DNA of 64,000 bases from assembly GCA_951406725.2 (NCBI GenBank), contig OX597821.1, forward strand, positions 100,502,001 to 100,566,000, given 5' to 3'. This document shows, in pieces, positions 40,997 through 55,899 of the stretch (position 1 is its first letter; each line of letters opens with the position of its first letter). Below the pieces are notes generated by a model. That model did not search any database. It had not been told where the DNA came from and was given only the letters and a program-made list of their open reading frames with translations. The translations under genes were made by a program, and so were the position numbers. The stretch is from Octopus vulgaris (taxonomy: Eukaryota).

Positions 40997-41145
40997 GACA
41001 CGCCCAAGACACGTCCAAGATACGCCAAAGACACTTCCAAGACACGCCCAAGACACGCCCAAGACGCCCAAAACATGCCCAAGACACACCCAAGACACGC
41101 CCAAGACACGTCCAAGACACGCTCAAGATATGCCCAAGACACGCC
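40997..41145. repeat. 11-bp minisatellite (GACACGCCCAA)x~13.5
   Basis: Directly visible tandem units with point variants. Confidence 0.93.
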
Positions 41146-41561
41146 GTTTGACACAAAGGCTTCCACAATTCCACCAGGACTTACAGCACAAGCAAAGTTA
41201 TACTGTGTGGAAAAAGACAGGATAGCCACGGCTGGTACGCTTTTAATCATGGGTCTACTTGGTCAGAGTTGACTTCAGATTCAAGAACATGTTAGCCAAT
41301 CCAAGCATATATAAGATTCCATTCTTATCGATAACAAATAATGCGGCACAGAGTGCGAAATTTACCAGAAACCCACAAGCTCGATGTCATGTTCCAGGTC
41401 AGACGTTGACATGCAGACCTATAATCAAAGATGTTCCAGCATCACTACCACTCTGTCTCCTTTCTGGTACATTGTGTTATCAAAAGTTTCGTTTTCTGAA
41501 AACAGTAGGGTATTTTAAGTAAAGCATACGGCTGCTATTTCTAACAGGTAGAGCGACCGCA

Positions 41562-42015
41562 TAATCTTTTCTACCCTAGGCACAAGGCCCGAAATTTTGG
41601 GGGAGGGGGCCAGACAAGGACAGACAAAGGGATTAAGTCGATTATATCGACCCCAGTACGCAACTGGTACTTAATTTATCGACCCCGAAAGGATGAAAGG
41701 CAGAGTCGATCTCGATGGAACTTGAACTCAGAACGTAAAGAAAGACGAAATACCGCAAAGTATTGCGACCGGCGTGCTAACGTTTCTTATTTCTTTACTG
41801 CCCACAAGGTGCTAAACATAGAGGGGACAAACAAGGACAGACAAACGGATTAAGTCGATTATATCGATCCCAGTGCGTAACTGGTACTTAATTTATCGAC
41901 CCCGAACGGATGAAAGGCAATGTCGATCTCGGTGGAATTTGAACTCAGAACTTAAAGACAGACGAAATACCGCAAAACATCGCACCCGGCGTGCTAACGT
42001 TTCTGCCAGCTCGCC
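41562..42015 (-). mobile_element. SINE B dimer ending in a B' tail
   Basis: Junction GAAATA|AGAAACGTTAGCACG. The distal end is CCCCTCCCCCAAAATTTCGGGCCTTGTGCCTAG. Confidence 0.85.
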
Positions 42016-42690
42016 ACATAATGGCTCCACGCACTTTAAGTCCAATTAATCCTTGACTAAACAGATCTATAATCAAATGCATTATAGTCTTCCTTTTAAT
42101 ATTCAGTGTGTCCTGGAGGAAATAATTTACAACGTTCAGTTTCTTTTGTTTGTTTGTTTTTTTATTTTTTGCAACCGGTAGTTGTGATTTGAGGGAGTTT
42201 CAGCTGATATTTTTAGCGGAGTAAACTATCTCATAGAGTCTCCTGTATTTGTTCTTAAGTTATATTGTAAAGCCAGTAACGTAACTGAGTAGAGGCCATA
42301 AGGGTAGTTCACCCAATATTTTATGGGAGCGGTACATCTGAGTCTGCTATATAAACCTGTATAGAGGCAGGGTCGCGAGAATGGAGTGCAAACTAAAAGG
42401 CCTGCTTTCGGCGGTACACACTTTAGCTAAAGTTGATGCATTCAACGGAACTTGGTCCACGATGGAAAAAAAACATCAGCGACCAACTTTTGAACAGAAC
42501 AAAACCCTACTACAGCGGAGAAAAATGTGCAGAAATGAAGTATTAAGAGTGTAATAATGAAATAAAATATTTTCTACTAAGAAGTTAACAAAAACTTAAA
42601 ATTTTGCAAGTGTACATTACAAACACCAATTATGATTTTTTTAAAATTTGTTCACAAGATTTCGATCAACTGCTGCAACAATAGCATATA

Positions 42691-43224
<534 letters not shown>

Positions 43225-43292
43225 GCTTGAATCCAACACCTGTTGTCCTATTTGCATTTGTATGTACATAGATGTGTATATTATATACACAT

Positions 43293-43714
43293 GGCGTAGG
43301 AGTGGCTGTGCGGTAAGTACCTTGCTTACCAACCACATGGTTCCAGGTTCAGTCCCACTGCGTGGCGACTTGGGCAAGTGTCTTCTACTATAACCTCGGG
43401 CCGACCAAAGCCTTGTGAGTGGATTTGGTAAACGGAAACTGACAAAAGCCCGTGGTATATATGTATATATATAAATATGTGTGTGTGTGTGTGTGTGTGT
43501 GTTTGTATGTCTGTGTTAGTCCCCCCAACATCGCTTGACAACCGATGCTGGTGTGTTTACGTCCCCGTAACGTAGCGGTTCGACAAAAGAACCGATAGAA
43601 TAAGTACTAGGCTTACAAAGACTAAGTCCTGGGGTCGATTTGCTCGACTAAAGGCGGTGTTCCAGCATGGCCACAGTGAAATGACTGAAACAAGTAAAAC
43701 AGTAAAAAGAGAGT
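43293..43714 (+). mobile_element. SINE group A, full length
   Basis: Homologous to 1768-2180. Confidence 0.9.
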
Positions 43715-44009
43715 ATGGGTAATTCGGCGGAGTGTCCGATTGCGTATACACACACGCAGACATAAACATACACTCTTATACATACATAAATGCACACATG
43801 CATACATACACACACATCCATGCAGACTTAGATACACACACATGCTTACACATACACGTATGCATACATATACATGCACACGCACATACATACGCACACA
43901 AGCATACACACACACAAGTACACATGCATACACGCACACGCGTATACATACTCTCGCACACGCATACATACGCACACACATACACACACACACGCATGCA
44001 TACATAAAC

Positions 44010-44200
44010 ACATTTTATCAGTGTCCTTTTGCCGAATCTCTAAGTCAACGTGAGCGTAAACACCCCAACATCGGTTGTCAAGCGGTAGTGGGGCACAAAC
44101 ACAGATATAAAAACACACACATGCACACACACATACTCTCACACACGCACCTATATATACATAAGTATACAAGTATGTATGTATATGCATATATATATGC

Positions 44201-44241
<41 letters not shown>

Positions 44242-44275
44242 CCTCTATATACATGCATGCATATATGTATACATA

Positions 44276-44341
<66 letters not shown>

Positions 44342-44421
44342 TATATATATACATAATATGTATAATATATATATATATATATACTACAGACTTATATACA
44401 TATATATATATACATAATATG

Positions 44422-44469
<48 letters not shown>

Positions 44470-44602
44470 TACAGACTTCTTCCAGTTCCCGCCAACCAAA
44501 TCCAGTCACAAGGCTTTGACCGTCGCGGGTGTATATTAGAAGGCATGAACCCGGAGCCATGTGGCTGGGAAGCAAACATCTTACCACGTAGCCACAACGC
44601 CT
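44010..44602 (-). mobile_element. diverged SINE A with ~360-bp internal microsatellite
   Basis: A head (44470-44602) and the post-microsatellite segment (44010-44105) are in the correct order. Confidence 0.7.
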
Positions 44603-44895
44603 CTATGTGCACGCGTGTGCGTATGTATATGCGTGCGCGCGCGTATGTGTGTATATGTCAGTATGTTTGCGCGCGCATTTATATATATGTGTATGTGCGT
44701 ATATATGTGTGTATGCAGCGTACATGTACACACACACGCACACGCGTGCGTGTATGTGTGTGTAATGAATTAACCCAGTTGACGATCAGTGTCGATACTC
44801 AGACTTTCCAAGTCTTTTAGTTTCTTCAGAATAATAATACTCCACGATATATACAAGGTAGGCTTGTGTGTGTGTATGTGTGTGTATGTGTGTGT

Positions 44896-44940
<45 letters not shown>

Positions 44941-44991
44941 TGTGTGTGATTTGATGCATGTAAAGCGTTGAGTGTGTGTATAATCTTTTCA

Positions 44992-45301
44992 GTGGAGGCA
45001 CAATGGCCCAGTGGTTAGGGCAGCGGACTCGCGGTCGCAGGATCGTGGTTTCGATTCCAAGACCGGGCGTTGTGTGTGTTTATTGAACGAGAACACCTAA
45101 TAGCTCCACGCGTCTCCGGCAGGGTGTGTGGCGATCCCTGTTGTACTCTTTCGCCACAACTTTCACTCTCTCTTCCTGTTTCTTGAGTAACGCTGCGATG
45201 GACTGGCGTCCCGTCCAGCTGGGGGGGGGGGCACATATGCCACAGAAACCGGGAAACCGGGCCCATGAGCCTGGCTAGGCTTGAAAAAAGCGACGTTTAT
45301 C
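44992..45301 (+). mobile_element. SINE group C with tail type 3, 14-bp TSD
   Basis: TGGCCCAGTGG A box and GGTTTCGATTCC B box. GTATAATCTTTTCA at 44978-44991 and 45302-45315. Confidence 0.9.
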
Positions 45302-45662
45302 GTATAATCTTTTCAAACAACTTCCTCTATAAACTAACGTTGTATGTGATTGTCTGCATCGTGGCGATTGATTATTGATTACGGCAACATTTATTTCGGT
45401 GTGTACGCACATATACATGGGTGAAATTAAAGTGAATACACATGTTGCAAAACTTTTGTTGTATAAAGCCATGCCTGAATGTGTGCCGTAGTCATGCGCA
45501 CACAAGCCATAACTCGTGTTATTATACACAAACACGCTAAGCCTAATAACGTTTGAGAGATACACATTTAGAGAACTTCCTATGCTTTTTCAGGCGAAAT
45601 ATCGGACCGAAACTTCGATCTCTTCTTCTCCCCTTGGCATACGAACTTCAGGGGAAATTTAT

Positions 45663-45984
45663 TATTTACTTGTTTCAGTCATTGGACTGCGGCCATGCTG
45701 TGGCACCGTACAGCCTTGAAGGGTCTTCGTCGAACTGATCGACCTATAGTTATATTTTTTTTTTAAGTGTGACGCTTATTCTATTAGTTTCTTTTAGCGA
45801 ACTGCTATGTGACTGAGACTTAAACAAACCGACACCGGTTGTCAGGTAGCTGTGGGTACAAGCACAACACAAAGACATACACGCACAGGCACACACAGAC
45901 ATATATATATATATATATGTGTGTGTATGTGTGTGTGTGTATTTGTGTGTGTATATACGTGCACACATAAATACATGCATGCAT

Positions 45985-46019
<35 letters not shown>

Positions 46020-46284
46020 GAGAGAGAGACATATGGGTGGGAGCGCGTGTGTGTGCCTATGTGTGTTATTGTTGTTGTGCATGTGAGTATGTGTGAATGT
46101 ATATAGATATATATATACACGATGGGCTTCCGCATAGTTTCTACCAACCTAATCCACTCATAAGACATCGATTGACCTGGTGGTTGGGGTATAGTAAAAG
46201 ACATATGCTTAAGGTGCCGCGCAGTGGGACGGAAACCGAAACCAGGTGGTCGTAACGCGAGTTTCTTGACCACACAGCCGCGCA
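45663..46284 (-). mobile_element. diverged SINE A with ~220-bp internal microsatellite
   Basis: A tail at 45663-45900 and A head at 46118-46284. Confidence 0.75.
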
Positions 46285-46455
46285 TAACATTTATTTACAT
46301 ATGAGTGGATGAGGGTAAACCGGTAACAAATAATTTGCCGAACTTCAATGTCTTTCAAATATATCAATTTGGATTCCTTAACGGATAATTTGTAAAGAAT
46401 TAGATACTGTAGAGCTAAACACATGGGAATGGAACAAATTTATATTTTATATATA

Positions 46456-46960
46456 GGCGCATGAGTGGCTGTGTGGTAAGTAGCTTGCTAACAAACCACA
46501 TGGTTCCTGGTTCAGTCCCACTGCGTGGCACCTTGGCAAGTGTCTTCTACTATAGCCTCGGGTCGACCAAAGCCTTGTGAGTGGATTTGGTAGACAGAAA
46601 CTGAAAGAAGCCCATCGTATATATGTTTATGTATATAATTGTGTGTGTGTGTGTGTGTGTCTGTGTTTGTCCTCCCAATATCGCTTGACAACCGGTGCTG
46701 GTGTGTTTACGTCCCCGTAACTTAACGGTTCGGCATGTGTGTGTATGTATTTGTGCGTCTGTGTTTGTCCCCCCCGCAACATCGCTCGACAACCGGTGTT
46801 TACGTCCCCGTAACTTAACGGTTCTGCAAAAGAGACCGATAGAATAAGTACTAGGCTCACAAAGGATAAGTCCTGGGTTCGATTTGCTCGACTAAAGGCG
46901 GCGCTCCAGCATGGCCGCAGTCAAATGACTGAAACAAGTTAGAGTAAAAGAGTAAAGAGT
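46456..46960 (+). mobile_element. SINE A with internal tandem duplication
   Basis: The GTCTGTGTTTGTCC..ACAACCGGTG..GTAACTTAACGGTTC block is present twice. Confidence 0.88.
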
Positions 46961-47183
46961 ATATATATATTTTTGGACGGTGAATCTCAAACCAGATAAA
47001 ACTATAAATAATAGTGTGTAAATGTTGGGTTTAAAAATTCTTTGAATGGTAAAACCAGAAGGGTGTTCATGGGACTCGAACCCACAATGAAATATTGTAA
47101 AATGCTATATATTTTTTTTTAATTAATACGTAAATTAAAGGAAAACAAACTCAAAACACCCGGTGATGCTCGACGTATTTCAT

Positions 47184-47870
47184 AGGCGAAGGTGTGGCTC
47201 TGTGATAACTAGCTTGCTTCCGAACCACGTGGATCCGGTTTCAGTCCCACTGCGTGACAGCATGGGCAAGTGTCTTCTACTATAGCCTCGATTTGATCAA
47301 AACGTTGTGAGTGGGCTTGGCAGGAGGAAACTGAAAGGAGCCCATCGAATGAGTGTGTGTGTGTCTGTGTGTCTGTGTTTGTCCCCTACTACCGCTTGAC
47401 AACTGGTATTCATGTGTATATGTCCCCATAAACTAGCGGTTCGGCAAAAGAGACCGATAGAATAAGTACTAGGCTATTAAAAAAATCATAAAGTACTGGG
47501 ATCGATTCTTCGACAAAAGAATCCTTCAAGGCGGTGCCCCAGAATGGCCCCAGTCTGATAACTGAAACAGGTAACAGATAAAAGATAGCCCAGGATTGGT
47601 TGTGTAGTTAAGAATTTTGCTTCGCAGCCACGTGCTACCGGGTTCATTTCCTCTGCGCGGCCAACGTGGGGTAAGTGTTTTCTACTATACACTCAGGCCG
47701 ACCAATGTCTTGTCAGTGAATTTGGTGGACGGAATTTGCATAGAAGCCTTGATAACCGGTGTCGGTTTACTTACGTCCCCGTAACTTGGCGGTTCGGTAA
47801 AAAGTCCGATAGAAATTTACCAAACTTAAAACAAGGATGGCAGGGAGGGTGTGATTATCTCGACTAAATA
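47184..47870 (+). mobile_element. two consecutive diverged SINE A copies
   Basis: Heads at about 47184 and 47590. Confidence 0.75.
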
Positions 47871-48117
47871 CTTTGAGATCGATCCAAAGGAAAAGAATTC
47901 GATTTCTTTTTATGAATAAATTCAAAATTTGGAACCAATTTGCAAACTACTGTGCGTTCTTAATTCTTACCTCATATGTGTGTATGCATGTATCTGTATG
48001 TGTGTGAGTGTACGTATGTGTGTATGCGTGTGTCTGTATGTGTGTGAGAGAGAGAGAGTGAGAGAGACAGAGAGAGTAATACAGGAATAGATAACCAGCT
48101 AGCTAGCTAGATAGATT

Positions 48118-48176
<59 letters not shown>

Positions 48177-48338
48177 CGGGATGCTCTGATGTCCACTTTA
48201 GTGGTCATTCCCCTTAATTTTGTATGCAACACAATTTTAAATATGCTAAGCCACTGGTTTTAATTGATTAATATCAATTTCTACTCTTATTATTTAATTT
48301 AAGATAGATAGCTAGATAAATAAATAGATAGATAGATA

Positions 48339-48380
<42 letters not shown>

Positions 48381-48586
48381 TTTATATATAAATATATACA
48401 TACACGCACACACAGACACAAACATACACACACGCACACACACGTGTGAAACAGCTGATACAAATTTGGAATTATTCAAGTTGATTAAGACCAAATTCCA
48501 CTCCCTGACTACTTTCTAATCGATCCATATAATCAACAAGTAATATTCTACTCAATTTCACGTCCTCTTAATTATTATCATTATTA

Positions 48587-48680
<94 letters not shown>

Positions 48681-49354
48681 TTTATTATAGCAGAATGATA
48701 TTTGACTTACTACATCACTTTTACATTTTTAAAATACTTTAATTTTAATACTATATATCTAAACTTGCTTTTTTTATATTTTTTTAGTGTGGTGAAGTAT
48801 TATTTTTTTTCTTTAGCTGCCTGTCAAACGTTTTGTTTGATTTAACTTTTTTGTCCCTTTTATGAGACTCCATTCTGAAGTGAAATAATTTTGTTGTGAA
48901 TTATAGTGAATGTTGTACCATATCTGTTACTACTTGTTATCACAATTATTATTACATTTTTTTTTCTTGGTGTATTTTTTTTTCTCAGCAGTGTGAAAAC
49001 GAACAGGTTGAGGAAATTGTTGAGGAAATTAAAAACAAAACTATAAATACAGCCCGGAATTATATGACGAAATAGTTTCGCTTTCTGGAAAGTGAATGAG
49101 ATGTTGTAAACTTAAAGTGTCACCCATTATACGGCACCTTCTCCACACCGTCCCTCTTTCAATCCAACCACCAGTTCTAAAAAACAACCATCACCACAGT
49201 CAGTCCCACCATCATCACGACCGCCACGATCTCTGGCACCAAAACCAATACAACTGCTATCACGATGATTACAACCGTTACAACCACCACCACAACCAAC
49301 ATCACTACCATCACCTCCACCAGAACATGAACCATCGCCACCATAAACAATACC

Positions 49355-49540
49355 TATTTCTTTACTACCCACAAGGGGCTATACACAGAGGGGACAAACA
49401 AGGTCAGACAACAGATTAAGTCGATTATATCGACCCCAGTGCGTAACTGGTACTTATTTAATCGACCCCGAAAGGATGAAAGGCAAAGTCGACCTCGGCG
49501 GAATTTGAACTCAGAACGTAACAGCAGACGCAATACGGCT
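49355..49540 (-). mobile_element. 5'-truncated SINE B, 15-bp TSD
   Basis: ACCATAAACAATACC at 49340-49354 and 49546-49560. Confidence 0.88.
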
Positions 49541-51831
49541 ACACAACCATAAACAATACCACCACCACAACAGTAAACATCATAACGTCTACCATCAACG
49601 CCACCACCATCACCATCGTTATCAAATCGTCTTTAGACTACACAGCCACCTAACTACCATCACCCCATCACCATCATCGCTGTCAGCACCATGATCACTG
49701 TTATCAGTATCAAGACCAAAACAACACCACCAACATCAACACCAACACTTCCATTAATAGTAACCAACGTGTTAAGGGTCCCGCTGGAAACGTTAAATAT
49801 TTTCTTACAGAAACCACCATATCATATTTTGCTTTTCAACTCTCGAGCCGGCATGGGAGACTCAACGTGGCTGTAAGACCTAGTAGAAATAATAGCCAAA
49901 TCTCTCAAAAATCACAAACGACCGATATATAAAAGAAAAAGCCCATTGGACAATGTAGCCTCACAAAATTGAAAAATAAACGGGTGTGGCTACGGTTGGA
50001 ATATCCTATGAACATAGAGTTGTTTGGCAAACATAAAAACAAAAACTTTTTAGCGATCTCATTTTTATCATTTTAACTTAATCGGCGAAGCAGACGACAC
50101 TTTAATAGAAGACGCAGACGATCAAGAAATGATGTTTGCTATAATTATTATAAATAATAATGAAAATATTTGATTAAGTATCTTTTTCGAAATTATGATT
50201 GAACTCATAAAAAGTGGAGAATTATCGTAACTTACCTCTTTATCTTGTAGTGATACCGTTCAAAATAGTCAAATTATTATTATTGTTGTTGTTGTAGTTG
50301 ACTTCCTTATAGACGAAAGAAGAGTGTATCTGTTTGTTTGTTTGCTTGTTTTTTTATGTTTATTATTGTTGTTGTCGTTGATGTTTTGTGTATATTTACT
50401 TGTGCAATATAATTAAGCAGAGGCACGGAATATCTTTAGGTTGCCAACGAAATAAAATTACAAAATATAAATATGAATATAACAAATATGAAACCAAACT
50501 AAAAGCGAACAAATCTATTTTCTTTTTTTAAAAAGCGCCACAAAATTATTTTTTGTTCTGTGTTATCTTGTTTTTATTATTATTAATATTATTATTATTT
50601 GCAGTGATTTCCCCTATTTCTCTATTTTTTTTCTCTCCCTCTCTCGTTTTCTCCACGTAACTTTTTTTCGGGTATTTTCCAGCGTTTGTCACTCAATAAG
50701 CAGACGACACGAACGAGAAAGGCGCAACTATCGTTATTTTTAAAAAAGGATATGAGAAAAAAAAATAAAACAATTAAGAACGAAAAAAATTGTTAAATAA
50801 CAACTTAAAGCAGGAATTTAGATATGATTAAATATAAAATAAACATATACAGAAACCAATTTTTTTTTTTAAAAACAACGTGTCGATATATATATTATAT
50901 ATTATATATATATATAAAGGGGATTGCACAAGTCAACAATTCTAGTACTAGTAGCGGCACTTCTAAACAATAACACTGACTACATACAAATAATGAATGA
51001 ATATTATCAGCAACACTAACAACGATAGCGACAAACTATACTGCCTCACTCTCTTCCTATCACTCCCAGTTTCTTTTAGTATATCTCTCTCTTTCTCTCA
51101 CTCTCTGTCTTTTTCTCTCTATATCCATCTATCTATTTCTCTCGCGCGCACACCCACTCACACGTTCTCTTTCTCGTTTTATCATTCTATCTCACTCTGT
51201 TTTTGTCACTCGCTTTAAACACTTTCTATGTGTTTCTGTTCTTCTTTCTGTCTTCTGTTCTCTCTCACTCTCTCTCTATCTCACTCACACACACACATAC
51301 TCTCTCACCCCTCTCTCACCTTTCTCTCCCTCTCTCTCGCTTCTAATCTCAACGCTTGTCTTCCACTTTTACAACCTCACTTTTCTTCAGCTCCCAAACT
51401 CACTTTTTCCTTTCTCTTTCTCTCAATCGATACCTGCCCCTGTAAATCCCGTAACTTATCTGCATTAACCTAATCCCATCAGCCCCGCTATTTCTAATTC
51501 ATCACCTCTCACCACTATTCCCACTTCCAGCAAACTCCCATAATTCCTTTCTATTTGTTCTCCCGTCTCCTTTTTACTTCCAATAGTCTTCCATCCTTTT
51601 GGGGGTCGATAAAATAATTGCCATTCGAGCACAGGGGGTCGATGTAATTAAATAGCTCCCACTCCTCAAATTTCCGGCCTTGTGCTTATACTAGAAAGAA
51701 TCGTCTTTATACTGATACTCTCTGCCGGTTATACAACGACATGGGTTCCAGTCGATCCGGCCAGTGGAACAGGCTGCTCATAAAATTAAGATGAAAATAT
51801 ATTTTCAACCCTTTAATATTCGGCTTATTCT

Positions 51832-52448
51832 TATTTCTTTATTGCCTACAAGGGGCCAAACATAGAGGGGACAAACAAGGACAGATAAAGGTATTAAGTC
51901 GATTACATCGACCCCAGTGTGTAACTGGTTCTTAATTTATCGACCCCGAAAGGATGAAAGGCAAAATCGACCACGGCGGAATTCGAACTCAGAAACTGAA
52001 GAGGAACGGAATACCGCTCTGCATTTAGCCCGGCGTGCCAACGATTCTTATTTCTTTATTGGCCACATGGGGCTAAACATAGAGGGGACAAACGGATTAA
52101 GTCGATTACATCGACCTCGGTGCGTAACTGGTACTTAATTTATCGACCCCGAAAGGATGAAAGGCAAAGTCGACCTCGGCGGAATTTGAACTCAGAACGT
52201 AAAGACAGACGAATATACCTATTTCTTTACTATCCACAAGGGGCTCAACACAGAGGGGACAAACACGGACAGATAAACGGAATAAGTCGATTATATCGAC
52301 CCCAGTGCGTAACTGGTACTTAATTTATCGACCCCGAAAGGATGAAAGGCAAAGTCGACTTCGGCGGAATTTGAACTCAGAACGCAACGGCAGACGAAAT
52401 ACCGTTAAGCATTTCGCCCGGCAGCTAACGGTTCTGCCAGCTCGCCGC
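51832..52448 (-). mobile_element. SINE B head-to-tail trimer
   Basis: Three B bodies with one complete head. GCTTATTCT at 51823-51831 and 52447-52455 flanks the whole array. Confidence 0.88.
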
Positions 52449-52640
52449 TTATTCTGCCAAATGTAATGTTTGTTTATTCACATTGTTTTGAAATAATCAT
52501 GCATCATCTTGTAGTTTAGAGATGTTGAAGATGTGATAGCTTAGTTTTAGAATGGCATTGTAGGGATGAGGTAAGAGGTCAGATCTGACGAGTCTTAATA
52601 TAAAACAGGTTAAATATTTCGGCCTAGTATGACCGGTTTG

Positions 52641-53040
52641 ACAAGGACAGACAAACGGATTAAGTCGATTACATCGACCCCAGTACGTGATTGGTACTTA
52701 ATTTATCGAACCCGAAAGGATGAAAGGCAAAGTCGACCTCAGGCGGAATTTGAACTCAGAACGAACTGCAGACGAAATACTGCTAAGCATTTCGCCCGGC
52801 GTGCTAACGACTCTGCCAGCTCGCCGCCTATTCTGCCAAAAGGATGAAAGGCAAAGTCGACCTCGGCGGAATTTGAACGTAGTTCCCAAGGAGATTCGGA
52901 ATCACATAAAATGTGACAAGGCTGGCCCTGTGGACTGGAGCAACGTGAAATAAAGAGTCCTGCTCAAGAGACACAGTGTACCGACGAGTATCGAACTCAC
53001 GATCATGAGCCGACTACCCTAACCACTAAGCCACGCGTCT
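52641..53040 (-). mobile_element. composite of SINE B, a partial B duplicate, a C-tail-1 fragment and a CORE-like SINE head
   Basis: Each segment matches other copies in the window. Confidence 0.7.
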
Positions 53041-53417
53041 TTCACACTGGAAGGAATTATTCTCCACATACACACACGCACAAGTTTTCCGTTTCTCATC
53101 TCTCCTTTCTTCCTCCTTCTCTTCTCTCTATCTCTTACTCTTTTAATCTCCCCCCTCTCTCTCTCACCCACTTTTTATTCCTTCCCTCCTCCTCCCTCAC
53201 TCCCTCTCTCTCTCTCTTTCTCTCTCCTCCTTACCATTACTCTCTTTATTCTACACAATCATCTGACGTAAAATCTTTTCAAACGACATTGCAACTATCT
53301 GATGACAATTTTCAGGCAGACTTTCGTCATCATCGTAACTTTACAGTCGCTCTTACATGCTTATTGTCTTTTTAGTACTTCTCATTTTCTTTCTTCTTTC
53401 TTATACTTTCCTTTTTC

Positions 53418-53872
53418 TTCATCTTCTTTTACTTCTTTTTCCTCATCATTTTCTTCTTCATTTTCATCTTCTTCATCTTCTTCTTCTTCATCTTCTTCTT
53501 CTTCATCATCTTCTTCACCTTCTTTTTCTTCATTTTCTTCATTTTCTTCATCTTTTCTTCTTCTTCTTCTCCTTCAGTTTCTTCTTTTTCATCATCGTTT
53601 TTCTCCATCAACTTCTTTTTCTTCATCTTTTTCTTCATCTCTTTCTCCTTCTTTTTCTTCTTCTTCTTCCTCTTCACCTTCTTTCTTTTCAATTTATTCT
53701 TCACCTTTTTCTTCTTCTTCTTCTTCTTCTTCTTCTTCTTCTTCTTCTTCTTCTTCTTCTTCTTCTTTTTCTTCTTCTTCTTCTTCTTCTTCTTCTTCTT
53801 CTTCTTCTTCTTCTTCTTCTTTTTCTTCTTCTTCTTCTTTTTCCTTTTCTTCTTTCTTTCTTTCTTTTTTCT
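53418..53872. repeat. (TCT)n microsatellite
   Basis: Directly visible. Confidence 0.93.
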
Positions 53873-54018
53873 TTCACTCCTTCCATACTCCTTCTCTCAC
53901 CCTTCTCTCTCAGTCTCCAAATCCTTATATTTCTCTCTGCTAAACATTTTATATAACTACATACATACATACATACATACATACATACATACATACATAC
54001 ATGCATACATACATACAT

Positions 54019-54055
<37 letters not shown>

Positions 54056-54196
54056 TGTATATCTTCGTTTGTGCAATGTTTGCTCTCAAACTATTTACCT
54101 GAACGCCGTTATCTGCCAGTCTATCTCTTTATTTACCTCTCTGTCTATCTGCCTACCTTTCTGGCACTATATACTGAAATCAATAAAAGATTACAC

Positions 54197-54238
<42 letters not shown>

Positions 54239-54326
54239 ATGAATGTGTACATGCGTTTGTGTGTATGTATACATACACATGTATTTACAAATATATGTAT
54301 ACTCACATATATACATACACACACAA

Positions 54327-54377
<51 letters not shown>

Positions 54378-54434
54378 CCCATACACAAATCCATCCATAC
54401 ACAAATACACACACATATATATCCATACACAAAT

Positions 54435-54468
<34 letters not shown>

Positions 54469-54873
54469 GCTCGCCCAAACACATCCACATGCATATGTAT
54501 CTATGTATGTGTGCATATATATATGCGTGTGTGTGTATGTGTGTGGGTGTGTATAGATAGATATATATATAGAGAGAAACAGTCAGACAGACAGACAGAC
54601 ACTTGGATTTGCCTATAAGGATATGTGCATCTTATGTATGAGGGCATATGTGTGAGTGTGAGCGCGCGAGTGCGTGTGCCCACGTGTCCATATGTGGGTG
54701 TGCGTGTGTTGCTGATAAAGTGTCTCCGTGCGTTTTCTATATGTATAAGTGTCCATATTTGCCTGACTGATTGGGAATCTGGCTATCGATAGGTATATCA
54801 ATCGATTTTTATCTATTTATCTTCTTATCAATCAAGCAGTTTGTTTATCTATCCATCTTTCTATGAACCCCCC

Positions 54874-54988
<115 letters not shown>

Positions 54989-55002
54989 GTATATAATATA
55001 CT

Positions 55003-55225
55003 CTTTACACTTTACACTTTTACTTGCTTCAGTCATTTGACTGCAGCCATGCTGGAGCACCACCTTTACTCGAGCAAATCGACCCCAGGACTTAATCTTT
55101 GGAAGCCTAGTACTTAGTCTATCATTTTTTTTGCCGAACCGCTAAGTTACGGGGACGTAAACACACCAGCGTCGGTTGTCAAGCCATGTTGGGTGGGGAG
55201 AAACGCAGTCACACACACATATAGA

Positions 55226-55308
<83 letters not shown>

Positions 55309-55450
55309 GTATGTACGTATGTATGTACGACGGGCTTCTTTCAGTTTCCTTCTACCAAATCCACTCACAAGGCTTCGGTCGGCCCGAGTCTATAGTAGAA
55401 GACACTTGCCTATGGTGCCATGCAGTGGGACTGAAACAGGAACTATATGG
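55003..55450 (-). mobile_element. SINE group A
   Basis: Reverse complement of A with an expanded internal (TA)n. Confidence 0.85.
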
Positions 55451-55492
55451 TTGAATAGAGCGATAAATAGATAGACAGATAGATAGATCGAT

Positions 55493-55529
<37 letters not shown>

Positions 55530-55899
55530 TGTATGTATATATATATATATATGTACATATATATACATATATATATATGTATATGTATGTATGTTTGTAT
55601 GTATGTATGTATATATATTCAAATATATATATATGCACATCCACACACCCATATGCATACATATACGCGCAAATTCATATACACAGACATACGTACGCAC
55701 GCACATACACACACACTTGTTTCGCTCGCCGTTTCTCTCTTTCTTTCTCTCACTCTCTCTCTCTCTCTCTTTCTTTCTCTCACTCTCTCTCTCTCTCACT
55801 CTTACATTTGTCGTTTCCCCATCACCATGACGACCCCCATCATCATAAGAAAACTATCACCTGGTTAACAAACAACTCTCAAACTACCGGCGTGCACGC

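Noticed and set aside
40813-41272. 126-145 aa ORFs with repeated TRPRHAQD motifs
   Set aside because: They arise from an 11-bp minisatellite whose unit is not a multiple of three, and they are open on both strands.
44795-44840. CTGAAGA..GAAA on the minus strand, and GAAACGCG/CTGAAGAAG near 24545-24625
   Set aside because: No convincing helices, and core spacing or order is wrong.
44992-45070. tRNA genes at SINE heads
   Set aside because: A and B boxes are present, but there is no acceptor stem or T-run terminator and the sequence continues into SINE bodies with TSDs.
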